Positions 50,931 through 64,000 of a stretch of DNA of 64,000 bases are shown here, one piece after another. The position numbers were made by a program, and so were the translations under genes. The notes under the pieces were generated by a model. The model was not told where the DNA came from. It was given only the letters and a program-made list of their open reading frames with translations, and made no database searches. Origin of the DNA: Euprymna scolopes (Eukaryota); NCBI GenBank assembly GCA_053919585.1, contig CM132802.1, one strand, 5' to 3'. The first letter of the stretch is position 1, and each line of letters begins with the position of its first letter.

Positions 50931-52418
50931 GAGTAAAACTTGGAAATTCGAATTGCCGCATATGTACAAAATAAACTAAAATGAAATGTATGTCATCATT
51001 TCTCAATTGTTAATCGAGAGTACTTATCTATCTAAGAGGGTACTTATCTATCTAAGAGGATACTTATCTATCTAAGATAAAATTGTGGGTAATTACGATT
51101 TTTGAAGCAATACACGCGAGAAACGAAGTAAAAAAAGGCCGATCAGAATGAGAGAAAAGAGTTGTAGTTGATTTTTTTATGAATTCGTAATCGACTTTAC
51201 TAAATAAGCATTTGGTATTCCTATCGGGTGAGAATATGCAAAGGAGAATTTCCGTTCGATTGAGAACAATTTTTATCTGAATAATCTACTATTACTATAA
51301 CCTTCGAAATGACAGGGACGTTCCAACATTAATACCCCTTTATTTTTGACTTCGGTCGATATGAACATAACAGGTTTCAAATTGCATTGTTATACTACCT
51401 AAACCTATGCATTCATAAGCTAAAAAATAAATCTCACCGTTGAAGATGTTAATGGTGTGAGACTATGAAAAGGCAAACCCTTTCATGGTCGTGTCCGACA
51501 CAATAATGCCTTATTGAATTCCTCTATGTAGAAAAAGATAACAGACCGACGTTCACCGGCGCCTGCTGAACGAGTCAAAATCCGAGATAATTAATGACAA
51601 CACAAGAAAAATGATAGATTCGTCGATTTCAGCGTGCAGTCAAAGATGTACGTTACAAAGAATATTCCAAAAGTTTACGAGAGACATCGATCATCCCTGG
51701 AAAAGTTCATTAGAAATCGCGGTAGAGATCATTAAAATATATTCTGACACACAGATCTCATTTGTGTAAATTGTATCACTCCTTTTGTCGAAGATTTTGA
51801 ACTTTTTAATTTTAGTTTTTAAATAGGAGGCATTACTTTTGGAAAACCCACGATAAAAAATAGACAGAAGCTTAGAGGCGTTGTGTTTTTCTAGTGTTTA
51901 GATCTCTCTATAGCATAATAGTAAGATTTCGTAATGTTTTATAAGTTTCTTTTAGCTTGTTGTGTTATATTTTCCGTTGCTTTTCCTTTTCCGAGTAGTT
52001 GGTTTTAACTATTTTGTATACTAAAACCATAATGAAGCAGATGCAACAAGTGGGAACGTTTTTATTTTGTTTGTTTTTTCTACAATTACATTGAACATTA
52101 TATAAAAATTGATGTGTGCGGTATTTTTTTGGCTATCGTAAGCGATCAACAATTATAAATTATAACATAAGTGAGCCATTTTATAAACTTGATTAGAATC
52201 AACAAACGGATTAAATGCAAATATTAGCATCTTCTTTCAAGAGTATTATCCACATTTGTGACGGTTTGATTTGAATCGCATTATACTTTTTTGTTAAAAT
52301 CGTCCGGGGACAAATCTGGGTGGGTTACACTTTTTGGTAGACTATGCCACAACTATATCACTAAACATTCAAATTTGATGCGCGCTTATGCACAAATATC
52401 TAAATGCATGGACATGCA

Positions 52419-52479
<61 letters not shown>

Positions 52480-52949
52480 ATGAGATCGTGTAATGTGGCA
52501 ATTTTCTCTGCTGACAGCGATTTTAAGTTGAATTTTCTCTGACAAATGGAACAGAAAAAAACTTAATAATACATTCACTTATTTATAAATTAATGTGTTT
52601 GTCATTGTCTATTGAAATTTTATTGCACACTTGTTCAAATACAAATAGAACCTTCTCATTTACAATCATAACTAAAAGCTTAATGTTATAAATAACACTT
52701 ATTTTACTATGACGCACTTCGGTTGCTGTGTAAATACGTCAACCATTTTATTATTTTGTTACATTGTAAATATAAAAACATATGCCCTTTTCTTCCAGGT
52801 TTACACATACACACACGACATAAGACAATGAAAAGACAGTAGAATCATAATCATTGTAAGTTTCCGATGAAAGTAACACTTCGTTATGTTCTTTTAATTT
52901 TCCTAGTAAATGTTTCGTATAACTCTTACAAAGACAGTCATAATCGGCA

Positions 52950-53520
52950 AATATTTAACCTTAGAAGTCCTTATTCCTTAACGAGAATGGCTTAACAGGA
53001 ATTTGTGTACATTAGAGATGAAAATAGACATAGTCCAGTTAGATAGGTTACAGCATATCATTAGTGAGGTCCACAGAGGGGTAGTTCTAGTAAAGAAATT
53101 TGACTGTAGACTTTATGTTTATTTTTACGCACATGTGGAAAATAAATGACATTTTTGGCAGTTGGTGTAGTTAAATGAGTGTCCATTAACGGTGTTCTAC
53201 ACTAGAAATCATATTTGACTGTCAAATAGTTATAGGATTGCGTTGGGATTAGACAGTTTTTTGACCGGTAAAACGATCCAACACTGTAACCGACGACAGT
53301 TGCAATGCATTTGAAAGGCGTTTTCATTTCAGGTTAAGAGTAAAAGTAAAGCACGGAACTTATAAAAGCAGAGATAGGAGCTGTTCATTTTCATTAGTGC
53401 CGACTCGGGATCCCTTCGCATATGGTTAAAACTAGAAGCTTGGTTTTGAATGCATTAAGTGTAACCAGTATATTTTCCTTCATTGTACCAAGCGCAAAAT
53501 GTCAAGAGTAAAGGAATCAG
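52950..53520 (-). mobile_element. Old CR1-group LINE fragment
   Basis: Minus strand CTTAATGCATTCAAAACCAAGCTTCTA aligns with 49511-49540, with colinear similarity beyond (VGSFYRS). Confidence 0.6.
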
Positions 53521-54421
53521 AACAAATCTAGGTCATTGCCGCCTTAAATGTTGCCATAAACGATAGTATCGTATACATTACTGCGAACCAATGAGTGTCA
53601 GATATGTTAGGATCTTAAATCAAGATCAGGGGCAGAGTTGGGCCGAACATACAGCCATTAGACCACTCAGTCTCTCTTTAGAATTAAGGGGAAACTTAAG
53701 GGACAAAATATAAAACTTGTGGCCGTAATTTAATGCTATTTAAAACATTCACTTTTCTCGGTGTATTTGCATATTCTAGAATTCCAACAAATCGTACCGG
53801 TTCTTGGTCAAATCATAGCTGGAATCTGGTATCCCGGAAACATGAGAAAACAACGTTTATTTCTTGTTTATAAATTTATATTTATCTGTCCACTCATAAT
53901 ACACTCATTTCTAATGTCTGCATTTATTGTTCTGTATTACAAACGTAGGCCAACGATAGTCCTTAAACATTTAATCTCAATAATATTAAATGTCATACTT
54001 AACACGTATTTAACATTTGCTCTATAATGTTTGCAACTATTATAGATATATATCTCGAATAATAAATCAGTGTCGCATTTTATAAAGCAAGTTGACAAGG
54101 TGAAAATAAAAAAAATACAAAGGGGTAAAGTAAATGCAAAATCTCAAATGCACCAATGTTACAAAAAAAAGACAGGTACACAGGAAAAAAGACAATCTTG
54201 TCGGAAATTGTTTGACAGAAGAAATGGGGAATCGCTTAGACGGCATTCCATTGTCAAATAAGACATTTCTTGGGTTTACATAAAAGTGTAAATTAAGTAA
54301 ATAAAATAATACACAACAAGGAATTCAACGATTTTGGTCACGTTCTAGACATGCCAATCTACATAAATAAATAAATAAAATAATGTAACACATATTGATT
54401 TGTTCTGATTTGATGGTTTCT

Positions 54422-54492
<71 letters not shown>

Positions 54493-54494
<2 letters not shown>

Positions 54495-54756
54495 AGCAGT
54501 TTCGCCCAGCTTTGCGCGAGCCCTATGTACTGTTAATACATTTATGTACATATGTATATATTAAAAAGTGTGAATGTGTATTGCAATCCCCTTTATAATA
54601 TAGGCTTCCTAAACTACCATAGAGAAAAAGTTGGTAGAGACACCGGACGTCAATTATTTTAAAACTTTGCGGAAATTGACAGAGTTATTTAGTAAGGAAG
54701 TGTACACAGACCGACAGAGACAGACAAACACACAGAGACAGTTTAAGTTGTTTAGA
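54493..54756 (-). mobile_element. Non-autonomous Helitron
   Basis: Minus strand 5'-TC...CTAG-3' between A and T, a GC-rich subterminal segment and an internal (CTGT)-like repeat. Confidence 0.65.
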
Positions 54757-54760
54757 TGTA

Positions 54761-55036
54761 CTAGCATTTCAGTCCGGCGTTTCCCGGGGGTTTGCAGGTA
54801 TATATTGAGCAAAAAAATGTGCTCAGTTTTTTTTTTAAATTTGACCCCTATTATGGCCCCTAGCATTTATTGTTTCGAGCTACAATTAAGTTATTAAGTT
54901 TAATCCATGTCCAAGGAATTTATGTCTTAAATTTCAAGTATTTAGACAGAAGATTGGCGAAGGAGTTTGATAGAGATATTTAAGACAAAAACGACACTGT
55001 ACCTCTAAAAATACCACACATATGTTTCTGTCTAAC
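54761..55036 (-). mobile_element. Second Helitron-like element (3' end), running into a gap
   Basis: A-CTAG followed by the hairpin CCGG cgtttc CCGG. A similar end lies at ~58001. Confidence 0.5.
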
Positions 55037-55349
55037 NNNNNNNNNNNNNNNNNNNNNNNNNNNNNNNNNNNNNNNNNNNNNNNNNNNNNNNNNNNNNNNN
55101 NNNNNNNNNNNNNNNNNNNNNNNNNNNNNNNNNNNNNNNNNNNNNNNNNNNNNNNNNNNNNNNNNNNNNNNNNNNNNNNNNNNNNNNNATTTAACGATAG
55201 TATTAAAAATATTTATTATTGCTTGTATAGCTACAGACACTAATGCTTCATGTAAACGCAATTCTCCGCATGGTGAATGATGGTTAGTTCAACTCAGGGG
55301 TTCTAACCTAAGCATTTAGTCTAGAAATGACCACTGAATAAACAGCATA

Positions 55350-56210
55350 ATGGTGGTTAAATAAGATGATGAGCGTAGGGGTCGACCAGGGGATGCTGAC
55401 AACAATCAATTGAGAGCCTTAATCAACACCCATCATGCACAAATGTTCGAGAACTTACTTCTGATCTAACTATAACTTATATCACGATTTCCAACTACAT
55501 GAGACTGATTGAAATGATAAAATATATAAATTGCTCTCAGGAGATTGACTACAACAAAAACGTGCCTTTTACACAACAAGAACGACCGGTTTCCTACCTG
55601 GTTACGGCTTTCTATGAAAAGTGTGTGTTTTTTTTATTACAACGAGCGACTCCTTGGTCAGTGGTTAGCAGCCAACGAAGCTCAACAACACGTCGCGAAG
55701 CCAGAGTTGCACCAAAAGAAGGTAATGCTGATTATTCAATTGTCTGCCTACGTCTCATGCATTACAGATATTTTTATGCAGGTGAAATACTGTACACAAA
55801 TTGATGAAATGCATCCAACACTTCTACAACACATAGCATTAGTGAACAAGAAAGAGAAAATTATCCTCTACGACAATGCCCGACCGTTCGATATAAACCG
55901 ATCCTTTGGAAGTTGAACAAATTGAGCTACGAAACCCAGCCTAATCCGCCATACTCTTCAAACCTCTCACTAACAGACTACAATATTTTCAAGAACCTAA
56001 AAACCGTTTGAATTACTTAAGTGATATACAAAACTCCTCCATTGATTTCATCGCCACCGGAACGCAAGAGTTTTACGTTACGGGCATAAATACACTTGGG
56101 TTGGTGTGTGCTGATTCTGTTGTTTATTATGACGATTAATAAATTTTAGTCTGAGCCCAGATCTGTTCATCTTAATTTTAAAGTTAAAGAAGTAAGGCAT
56201 TTTCTTCTTA
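55350..56210 (+). mobile_element. mariner (DD34D-type) transposase remnant
   Basis: KPELHQKKVML, IILYDNARP and PPYSSNLSLTDY motifs. Confidence 0.85.
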
Positions 56211-56293
56211 ACTATATATACATAAATAAATAAATATATATAATATATATATATATATATATTTATTTTTTTACTATAATAATTATTAAATAC

Positions 56294-56337
56294 CTACAGA
56301 CACTAGTGTTTCGTCCTTTCGGGAATCTTCAGTGTAG
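56294..56337 (-). ncRNA. Type I hammerhead ribozyme, near canonical
   Basis: Minus strand: CTACA-CTGAAGA-TTCC cgaaa GGAC-GAAA-CACTAGTG-TC-TGTAG. Perfect 5-bp stem I, palindromic stem III, GUC site; first stem II pair is a U-C mismatch. Confidence 0.85.
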
Positions 56338-56443
56338 CATGTCACGATTAATACCAGTCGAACGATTCGAACCCCGCATCACAATACATCTCTGGCTCGA
56401 TTTAGCGAAGACCTAATCCATTCGACTACCATTAACCGCGTGA
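56338..56443 (-). promoter_or_regulatory. tRNA-derived Pol III head (A box and B box) upstream of the hammerhead
   Basis: Minus strand TAGTCGAATGG (56428-56418) and GGTTCGAATCG (56373-56363). Confidence 0.7.
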
Positions 56444-56595
56444 AATAACGTCGAATTTAAACATTTTAATTTTAAATGCACATTTACGTAAGTTATATAT
56501 TATATATATCTGATATTATACGTAAGTTATATATTATATATATCTGATATTATCTAATATTAATCTAATATTATATATATAATGGTATCTAATGT

Positions 56596-56644
<49 letters not shown>

Positions 56645-58930
56645 CGATTAAACAGTGTTTGATTATTATCATTTTACCTACCTACTTAAGCAACATACAC
56701 ATAGCATAAGAGTTAGAAGAGACGTCTGTTGCCTCGGCATTGTGTTTCAAACTCGGATCGAAGTACTTTCTAGACTAGCCTCACTGATAAACTGTGATAC
56801 AGCGAATATAGCTTTTTATTATACATATATATATATGTGTTTGTGTGTGTGTTAATGTTTTTATTTTTAATCGTTTTTATATTATTTACATTGTTCCACT
56901 CTTCTTACTACTTCTGTAATCATTCGCCTTTAATTCCTTCCGGTGCCTATTTTTATCTAATCTCCTGTACACGACGACAAAACACAAACCACATCACAAG
57001 AATCGCAGAGTTCTGATAGCGTACTAAATACGAAGGAATCTAAGCATTTTTTCTAATGGATGATTCGTCACATTTCCCGAGAAATCACTATAACGATATC
57101 TCCTTCCCTCTATTTCAGGTGTTATAGATGACTTATTTTGTATTGCTCTCTTATCTAGAGGTCACTATAATAATCAAACACGCGTTTAATATTGTATTCC
57201 GACAATGCACTGAGTGAGAGATTAATCTCGGTTCAACTTTTGTGAACCGCATGAGAATCAAATTTCTTGACATTATTTTATTATCAATTTGCAAGACATT
57301 GGTTCGCATGAGAACATGGATATGCGCATCATTGTGCTTATATTTTAAAAATTACGTTATTACGTTACTTGAATCTTACAATATTAAATTGTTATACAGC
57401 TTATAAATGTTAGACGAAGATTCCTGAAAGGCATATCAAATATGTATAGTTCTCCATCAACAAGATAACCCGCCATACCTCAAGACAAAATTACATAAAT
57501 ATATTTTCTTCCTCGCATATATAAATATTTTAATTATTTTTACATGTTCGATTTTATTAAGTTTTTCTTTCTGTACAGTCTACAGAACTTCGAAAGGTTA
57601 CCCGATTCCGAGCAGGAGCATTAACTTAGTTTTTTTTTTTATTAACACCTAAATTTATTTAATTATTTCGTGTGAATAAAAACCGATACTAATTAAGTAA
57701 AATCTTTGAATTGCAATTTCCTTTTAGATATGTTTTAAAATATTAGCCAATTATTAGAAAAATATCAACTTAGGAACTCAACATTAGATTACTGAATCTA
57801 GACATAATGTTTACTATCATTGTATTGTAACAATAATGCTTGTCAAGTCTATAATAATAACGTATGAAATTCAATGTAGCTCTTAGTTCATATGCGAGAA
57901 GCGAAATATACAAAATATCTATTTATCGGTACATATTTAGACAAAGTAGATTCTACAGTTAAGAAAGTTTTGTATAACAAAATAAAGATTCCATTAAATA
58001 CTAGCAGAGCGCCCGATTTTTCCGTATCGTAAAATAAAATTAACTATTATGTTTCCATTCGTGCAGATTCCGTATTTATTATATGGCCACTCCTAAATCG
58101 ATTATTATATTACACCTAATATATGGAAAGTGTTTCTAATGTAAAAATAATGACTTATGTGACATCAGCTAGAATAGAAACCACAACATATAACTCTGTA
58201 GGCGTATCCGTTAGCGTAGTACGTGTATTCACACATATACGGATACTGCAAAAAATAACGTTATTTTACCTATAAGTTTTTATTCGAAAAAAAAAAAACA
58301 TAAGTCTTGGTTGCGGTTTGGATTCAAGCTGATGCACCTAAGTAATATGGACCTAATTATTTTTTTGTTCGAGTTTTTAAATCACAACTTTAGAATATAT
58401 ACGTGTCGAGTGAAAATTGACTCTCTAATAATATATACGAAATTTGCATAGATTAAAATATAGTTTAGCGTATTTTTCGACTGGGCTACTCTGAGGTTTC
58501 ATGCTAGCTTAGATAAATTCATTTGCGATTTTTACAAAAGAGCGACAATAACATCAGGACGTCTCTCTTTACACTGAGCATCCACAAAATGTCAACGTCA
58601 ATATATAACACATGAAAAGAGTCCACTGTGTAATTTCAACAGACTCCACTAGTTTCGATTAATAACAGTCCTTGATATTTTTTACGTTTTTTCGAAAGAT
58701 CTCTGCGGGTCAGATTAAAATACATTGAAGCTAAGATCTCACTCGGGGACTGTACTTTGGAGACCCTTGTCTTAGCGGCTATATCAAAACCAAGGGATCA
58801 TATTGTTTAAACGTGTTTATCAATTGTTGGATTGATGATTGCAAGATCATTAATCACTTGTTTAAATTACTATAAAAATACTTATTTAATATCGAAAATT
58901 ATACTTACAGCTATGGTTCTACTTATCTTA

Positions 58931-59013
<83 letters not shown>

Positions 59014-59015
59014 AT

Positions 59016-59059
59016 CCACATACAGTACTGTTTCGTTGTTTCACAGCTCATCATTGCGG
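59016..59059 (-). ncRNA. Type I hammerhead ribozyme (C3 mutated), same family as 41063-41106
   Basis: Minus strand: CCGCA-ATGATGA-GCTG tgaaa CAAC-GAAA-CAGTACTG-TA-TGTGG; B box GGTTCCAATCC at 59095-59085. Confidence 0.75.
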
Positions 59060-59439
59060 CTAGACAGGCAACTACCTCAAGCCAGGATTGGAACCCGACC
59101 GTCTATACAACAGTCATGCATTTCTGGAACATCTGTCGCAATAAATACGTTATTCTCTGTCCGGGCAGACAATTTCTAATTCATTGCAACAGAAAAAAAA
59201 TCAACACAATATTAGTCCGGTCATTTAAAACGCAATTTGTAATTTGAAGTGCCGAAGGAAATAGCTGACCTTGTTTACGTGATGTTTTAAAGATGTTTTA
59301 ATATGTTCAATTATTTTCGCTTTGGGCATTTTGCACCGAGTTTCACTCTTTCAGTTAGCCTATACCTCGCGTTAATTGAAAATGAAATTCACTTATTTAC
59401 GAACTAAATGCTCATTTATTGAAGAATAAGGGAATAACG

Positions 59440-59960
59440 TGTTCATATTGGCGGTTGAATAATATATTTAAATGAAACCACTTCATATATATCATGCCGG
59501 TGCAGTAAGAAAAAAATACCATTTCTGTCTACATTTGCGCTGTCATAGCAGTCGATCCAGTTTTCATCTCGTGTTACCAGAGCATCAAGAACCGAGGAAC
59601 TTAATTGTGGGGCAAAATCAGCACGAATCTTCCCCCTGTTCAGTTCCTCGCTAATAATTATGTTTACAGACCCACAACTCATATCAACATGTGAATTTCT
59701 CTATAAACACACGATGGTCCTTATCCATGAAACTCCGTCTGTCGTTCTGATTTTTTCCGCTTTTTACAAACTTCATCACATCTCACAGACGCACTGCCTT
59801 CCCGAAATATATTATGTCGCTCAAAAAGTGAGGCGACATTTGGACCATTCATTTCTGTTGCACTCTCCCCAAGTTAAAACAGAATGTTATTGCATATCGT
59901 TCTTCTAACGAGTTGTGCGAATTTTCTGGTTACGGCATTAAATTAAACTGCAATGTATTA
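59440..59960 (-). mobile_element. mariner transposase N-terminal to mid fragment
   Basis: SCGSVNIIISEEL...LDALVTRDENWIDCYD (first catalytic Asp motif). Confidence 0.7.
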
Positions 59961-60994
59961 TTGTCAAAAATGTCAAAAATTACCATGTTAAAAATATAAA
60001 AACGTTGAACAAAGATAGGGGATGTAATAAAAATTTAAAAAAACTGAACAGGGAATAAAATTTTAGCTTGTAGGATAGCTCTTTCAAAGGTTATCCGTCG
60101 ACGAAAATAAACTTTTCGAAAAAAATAATTCAAAATTAAAATCTAATTTATTAGGATTTGTCCGTTTGGAAAATTTGAATCGCAGCCGAAAGTACGGAAA
60201 TTGTTTTTATCAATAGTTCAGCGGTCCAAAATAGGTTAATCCACAGTTGAATGGATTCGAGAAATTAGATTAGTAGAACACCCCACACAATCATTTAGTA
60301 ATAAAAACGCCAATAGTAACCAGGGATCTTCTTTGGCTACGCTTATAAAAAAAACTTAAATCTAAGAATTCGTTTCTCAATTACTTGAATATTATATGTA
60401 AATCGCAATCATACGCCCTTGATTCTAAATATTGAAACCTCTGCTTATCAGAGGCAGTTAGGATAATAACATAATCTCAGTTCAAGAATGTAATCAACGC
60501 AAAGAGTGAGCTGGTGTTCCAATGCAAGCATACACTAAATACAAATATTGCAAGTTTGATAATAACAACCCACTTCCCTTTTGAAATTAATATATCTAAT
60601 AAGTTGTTTATTTTAAAAAAAAACTACTTATTTACCAGCATGTTCTCAATATTCCATTTCCATTAAGCATTTTACTGACGGTGTACTAAATCATTAACTC
60701 GGTATTCTCTTTCTTCTTCTTCTTCTTATTATTATTATTGTGATTATATATATATGTATATACATATATATATATATATATGTACTTATACGTGTATATA
60801 AAAACGTATGTATTATAATATTATATTTTTATATGCAAATATATGTATTTATCCTTTCTAGCATTTGTATCATTATCCATATATTATTTGCATCATCTTT
60901 TTTCTTATTATTATTGCAAATATTCGTATTATTATAAGTAGTAGAAATTTTAGAAGTATTATTATCATCCTCACGATTTTTAATATTATTATTA

Positions 60995-61038
<44 letters not shown>

Positions 61039-61191
61039 TGTTCCTATCATAACTGATATGACTATTAGTGTTATTTTTTTACTGTAATTATATTTTTATT
61101 TTCGTTTATATATAGCTGATTACTATTGAGATTATTATTATTGTCATTAATTGTAATAGTAGTAGTGGTAGTAATAACATTATCATTGATA

Positions 61192-61399
61192 CAGGGTGGC
61201 CCAAAAGAAAACGCCCCCCAACTCTGATTAGGCCCCGTTTCTTAGTGTTTTGTCCGAATGAAATGAAACTTTGGTCATAACTAGTTTATTATATTCAAAA
61301 CATCACATCAAAACACTAGGGTATTTGGCCTTTTATTCTCCGTTCTACAGCATGTTCTACATGACCTCCAGTTAGCTTTTGTTTTTTGGGATCACCCTG
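61192..61399. mobile_element. 208-bp Tc1/mariner-type MITE
   Basis: TA-CAGGGTGGCCCAAAAG...TTTTTTGGGATCACCCTG-TA, with an internal inverted repeat TAGTGTTTTG/CAAAACACTA. Confidence 0.85.
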
Positions 61400-61452
61400 T
61401 ATTAGCATTTGCGTTATTATTACCATTATGAATATTGCATTAGTTTCATACA

Positions 61453-61528
<76 letters not shown>

Positions 61529-61881
61529 ATTGCCAAAATCATCATTATCCTAATGGTCGGAACCTGCGCATTTTGGAAATTTATGACTATAATAAATTGC
61601 AGTTTCATTTAACGCCATAACCAGCAAATTCCAGCATTGCTAAAAATATAATTCGCTGATTTAGTTTTGTCTCCTGACGAGAAGAATAGAAGGAAATACA
61701 TCATTTGAAACCACGCGGAATAAGGACTTTGTAAATTGTTTAATGTGGTATTCAGTCGAGCAATAAATTTGATTGTGAATATCAACGTACAGTTTTAATT
61801 CCTCTTCTCTACACATTAACTCATCGCTGTGTTATTTTTTATTTAGCTTTTTGATTTTGTAGGAATTAAAATATCAATATA

Positions 61882-63422
61882 CACTGCTGATCAACAATTT
61901 AAGACGACTTAAACACCTTTAAAAATAAACCTTTTTTAAGGATAAATTTTAAACTCTTCCGACTTAAGGTTACTAATACCACAATCTAAAGGATTGGAAA
62001 CAAAAGGCTTCATTCCAAATATTTATTTTTAAAATTTACATCTTTATTAAATTGGGTTTTTTACACGTGACCCAAATTATGAGACCAGACACAACAATTC
62101 TAATTAATTATACAATAAGTATATGAAAAGTTTATGAGAATATTCAACAATCAAACTTAATAATGACTTCTACCTCCACTGCTTTTGATGCATTCAAAAA
62201 TCCTGTAGGCATGCTAGAAATAAAGGTTTAACTCACGTGCGGGATATCTTGCTCGAGTTTCTGAAGATGGCTTCACAAAGTTTTGTTGAATATTGTTTGC
62301 CATTTCGATAAACCTCTCGTGTCAATCATCCCCAAGAGATTTTCAAGTGGGTTAAAATCCGGTGAGCATGCAGGATGTCCCAATAGATACACACGATTTT
62401 CTTGTAGAACACTCAAGGTTCGTCTTGCAGTGTGGATTGTAGCATAACTGTTGGAATAACCATCACTCCCCACACAAATGATGACCTTCCATCATGAAAG
62501 ATGCTTTTTGTAGCATGCTAACATAACCAGCTGCTTTCTGACGATTCTGGTCCACCTGGAGCTCCATCGTCCTTCTGTAAGAAAAGGCAACCCATACCAT
62601 TACGGACCCTCCGTCACTAAGAAGTGTTGAAAAAATTTCAAGGGGCTTGTTTTTGTCATGCCAATATGGCTGGAAGCCATCAGGAGCAGCTAAATTGATT
62701 TTTTCCCCATAAGAAAACAGAGCTTTCTTTTACTTCTCAACGTCACAGGTTTGGTATTCACGACCAAATCTTAAGCGGCCCACGTTGTGACGTGGAAGCA
62801 ATCGAGGATTTTTTTTACGCTTTTTATTTGCCATGCTTTTTTGTTTAAGTTTCGTCATATGGTTATTGGACTGCAATCAGCATCTGTAACCGCCTTAATT
62901 TGACTAGTAGAAAGTCCTGTCATTCATAACAGCCCGTCTGATTCTCCTATTCAATGTAGAAGAGTTTTTTTTTGGGGGGGGCTACCAAAGGATGTTGCTT
63001 TTCCATAATTCTCAGTGTTCTTGAGAAAGTTGCACATAATAGTTTTACTGCGAGTTAACTTAGCTGCTATCGCTCACTGTGTCAAACCTTGCTTATGGAA
63101 TCCTAGAATTTGATAGCGCTCAGCTTCGGTTAGTTTTCTTGGTTTAGGCATGGGAACACCTTTACATAGTGATTGCTAATCTGTAACTGAACAAAAAATG
63201 TTAGAATTACCATATATCTAAGAATTTATACTCTTGGTCTAATAATTTTGATCATGTGAAAAATGCAAATTTTTAAATAAAACTTTTGGAATATACCTTT
63301 TTGTTTCCATAAGCTTTTAGAATGTAGTATTAGTAACCTTGAGTCGGACGAGTTTAAAATCTATCCTTATAAAAGTTTTCATTTTAAAGATTTTAAGTGG
63401 TCTTGAATTTGGATCAGTAGTG
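61882..63422 (-). mobile_element. Full-length decayed Tc1/Tc3-like transposon with ~200-bp TIRs of IR/DR type
   Basis: TA-CACTGCTGATC...GATCAGTAGTG-TA. ATG at 63151 (MPKPRKLTEAER), plus LFSYGEKINLAAPDGFQPYWHD and HPACSPDFNPLENL. Confidence 0.92.
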
Positions 63423-63770
63423 TATAAATACTAGGCATTTATGATCGAAGTTTACTATCGCTTATATCAGGTAAACATTACATCTCCATTGGTTTCACTG
63501 CGTTTTACTTATAATTATATACAGATATATAATTCTAATTTTAATTTTATCCATAATTATATTTATATATATATATATATATCATTATAATTATATATAT
63601 GATTACTTCATTTAATAACATAAATTAATATACGAAGATATAATTTATGCGTAATCACATTAATTAATATAGGAAGATATAATTTATGCATACACATTTA
63701 ATATTTACTTAAACAGTGCTCAATACATAGATATAGCTAGGTAGTAAGTTATGAAAATATATATGGCAAT

Positions 63771-63823
63771 TAAGCTACACATCATATTCCGCCTATTATT
63801 CTAGTAAGAATTCGTCCGGCTTA
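63771..63823 (-). ncRNA. Decayed hammerhead ribozyme of the 40.0-kb repeat family
   Basis: Minus strand: TAAGC-CGGACGA-ATTC ttacta GAAT-AATA-(decayed stem III)-TA-GCTTA. Confidence 0.5.
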
Positions 63824-64000
63824 TGCCTTATTAATTCACGTTTTCAGCGTCCCAACTGTTTTTTTTCGCGTTTAATTAAACGATATATCAACATTTTAAT
63901 TTAACTTTAAGTATTATGGTATCTATTCAGTGCACATTTACCTATAAGAATTATAAACCATTTATAATTCAATGGCTATAAGTTTTTCTTTTTTGTCACA

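Noticed and set aside
50927-51853. Possible old mariner remnant (TIR-like GGAGGCATTACTTTT near 51830)
   Set aside because: No readable catalytic motifs and no matching second TIR.
53575-53680. tRNA-like A and B boxes on the minus strand
   Set aside because: The B box is poor and no cloverleaf can be drawn.
60740-61612. ORFs with poly-Ile, poly-Asn or YI repeats here and elsewhere, and ORFs spanning N runs
   Set aside because: Translations of microsatellites and assembly gaps.

Overview
AT-rich eukaryotic (invertebrate-animal-like) draft scaffold with about a dozen N gaps and many (TA)n, (TTA)n and (TG)n microsatellites. I find no supportable host protein-coding gene; the window is a mosaic of transposable elements. 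These include a Tx1/L1-clade LINE, four copies of a single-ORF CR1-group LINE (one nearly intact), Tc1/mariner elements and MITEs, and a hAT-related element with introns. There are also piggyBac, Penelope, R4/Dong, Gypsy and Helitron remnants, SINEs and a 35-bp minisatellite. Two things stand out. (1) A five-level nest at 5.25-14.6 kb: three ~360-bp hairpin-rich units and a Tx1 LINE are stacked at the same ~20-bp target motif (AAATATATACCCCATTACTTCGTC-like), and the units share a 3' tail with the LINE. This is a candidate site-specific LINE plus structured non-autonomous partner. (2) Several short repeat families carry type I hammerhead ribozymes, some behind tRNA-like Pol III boxes (retrozyme-like), and most sit next to (TA)n tracts. 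All family assignments come from motif recognition by eye, not database searches.
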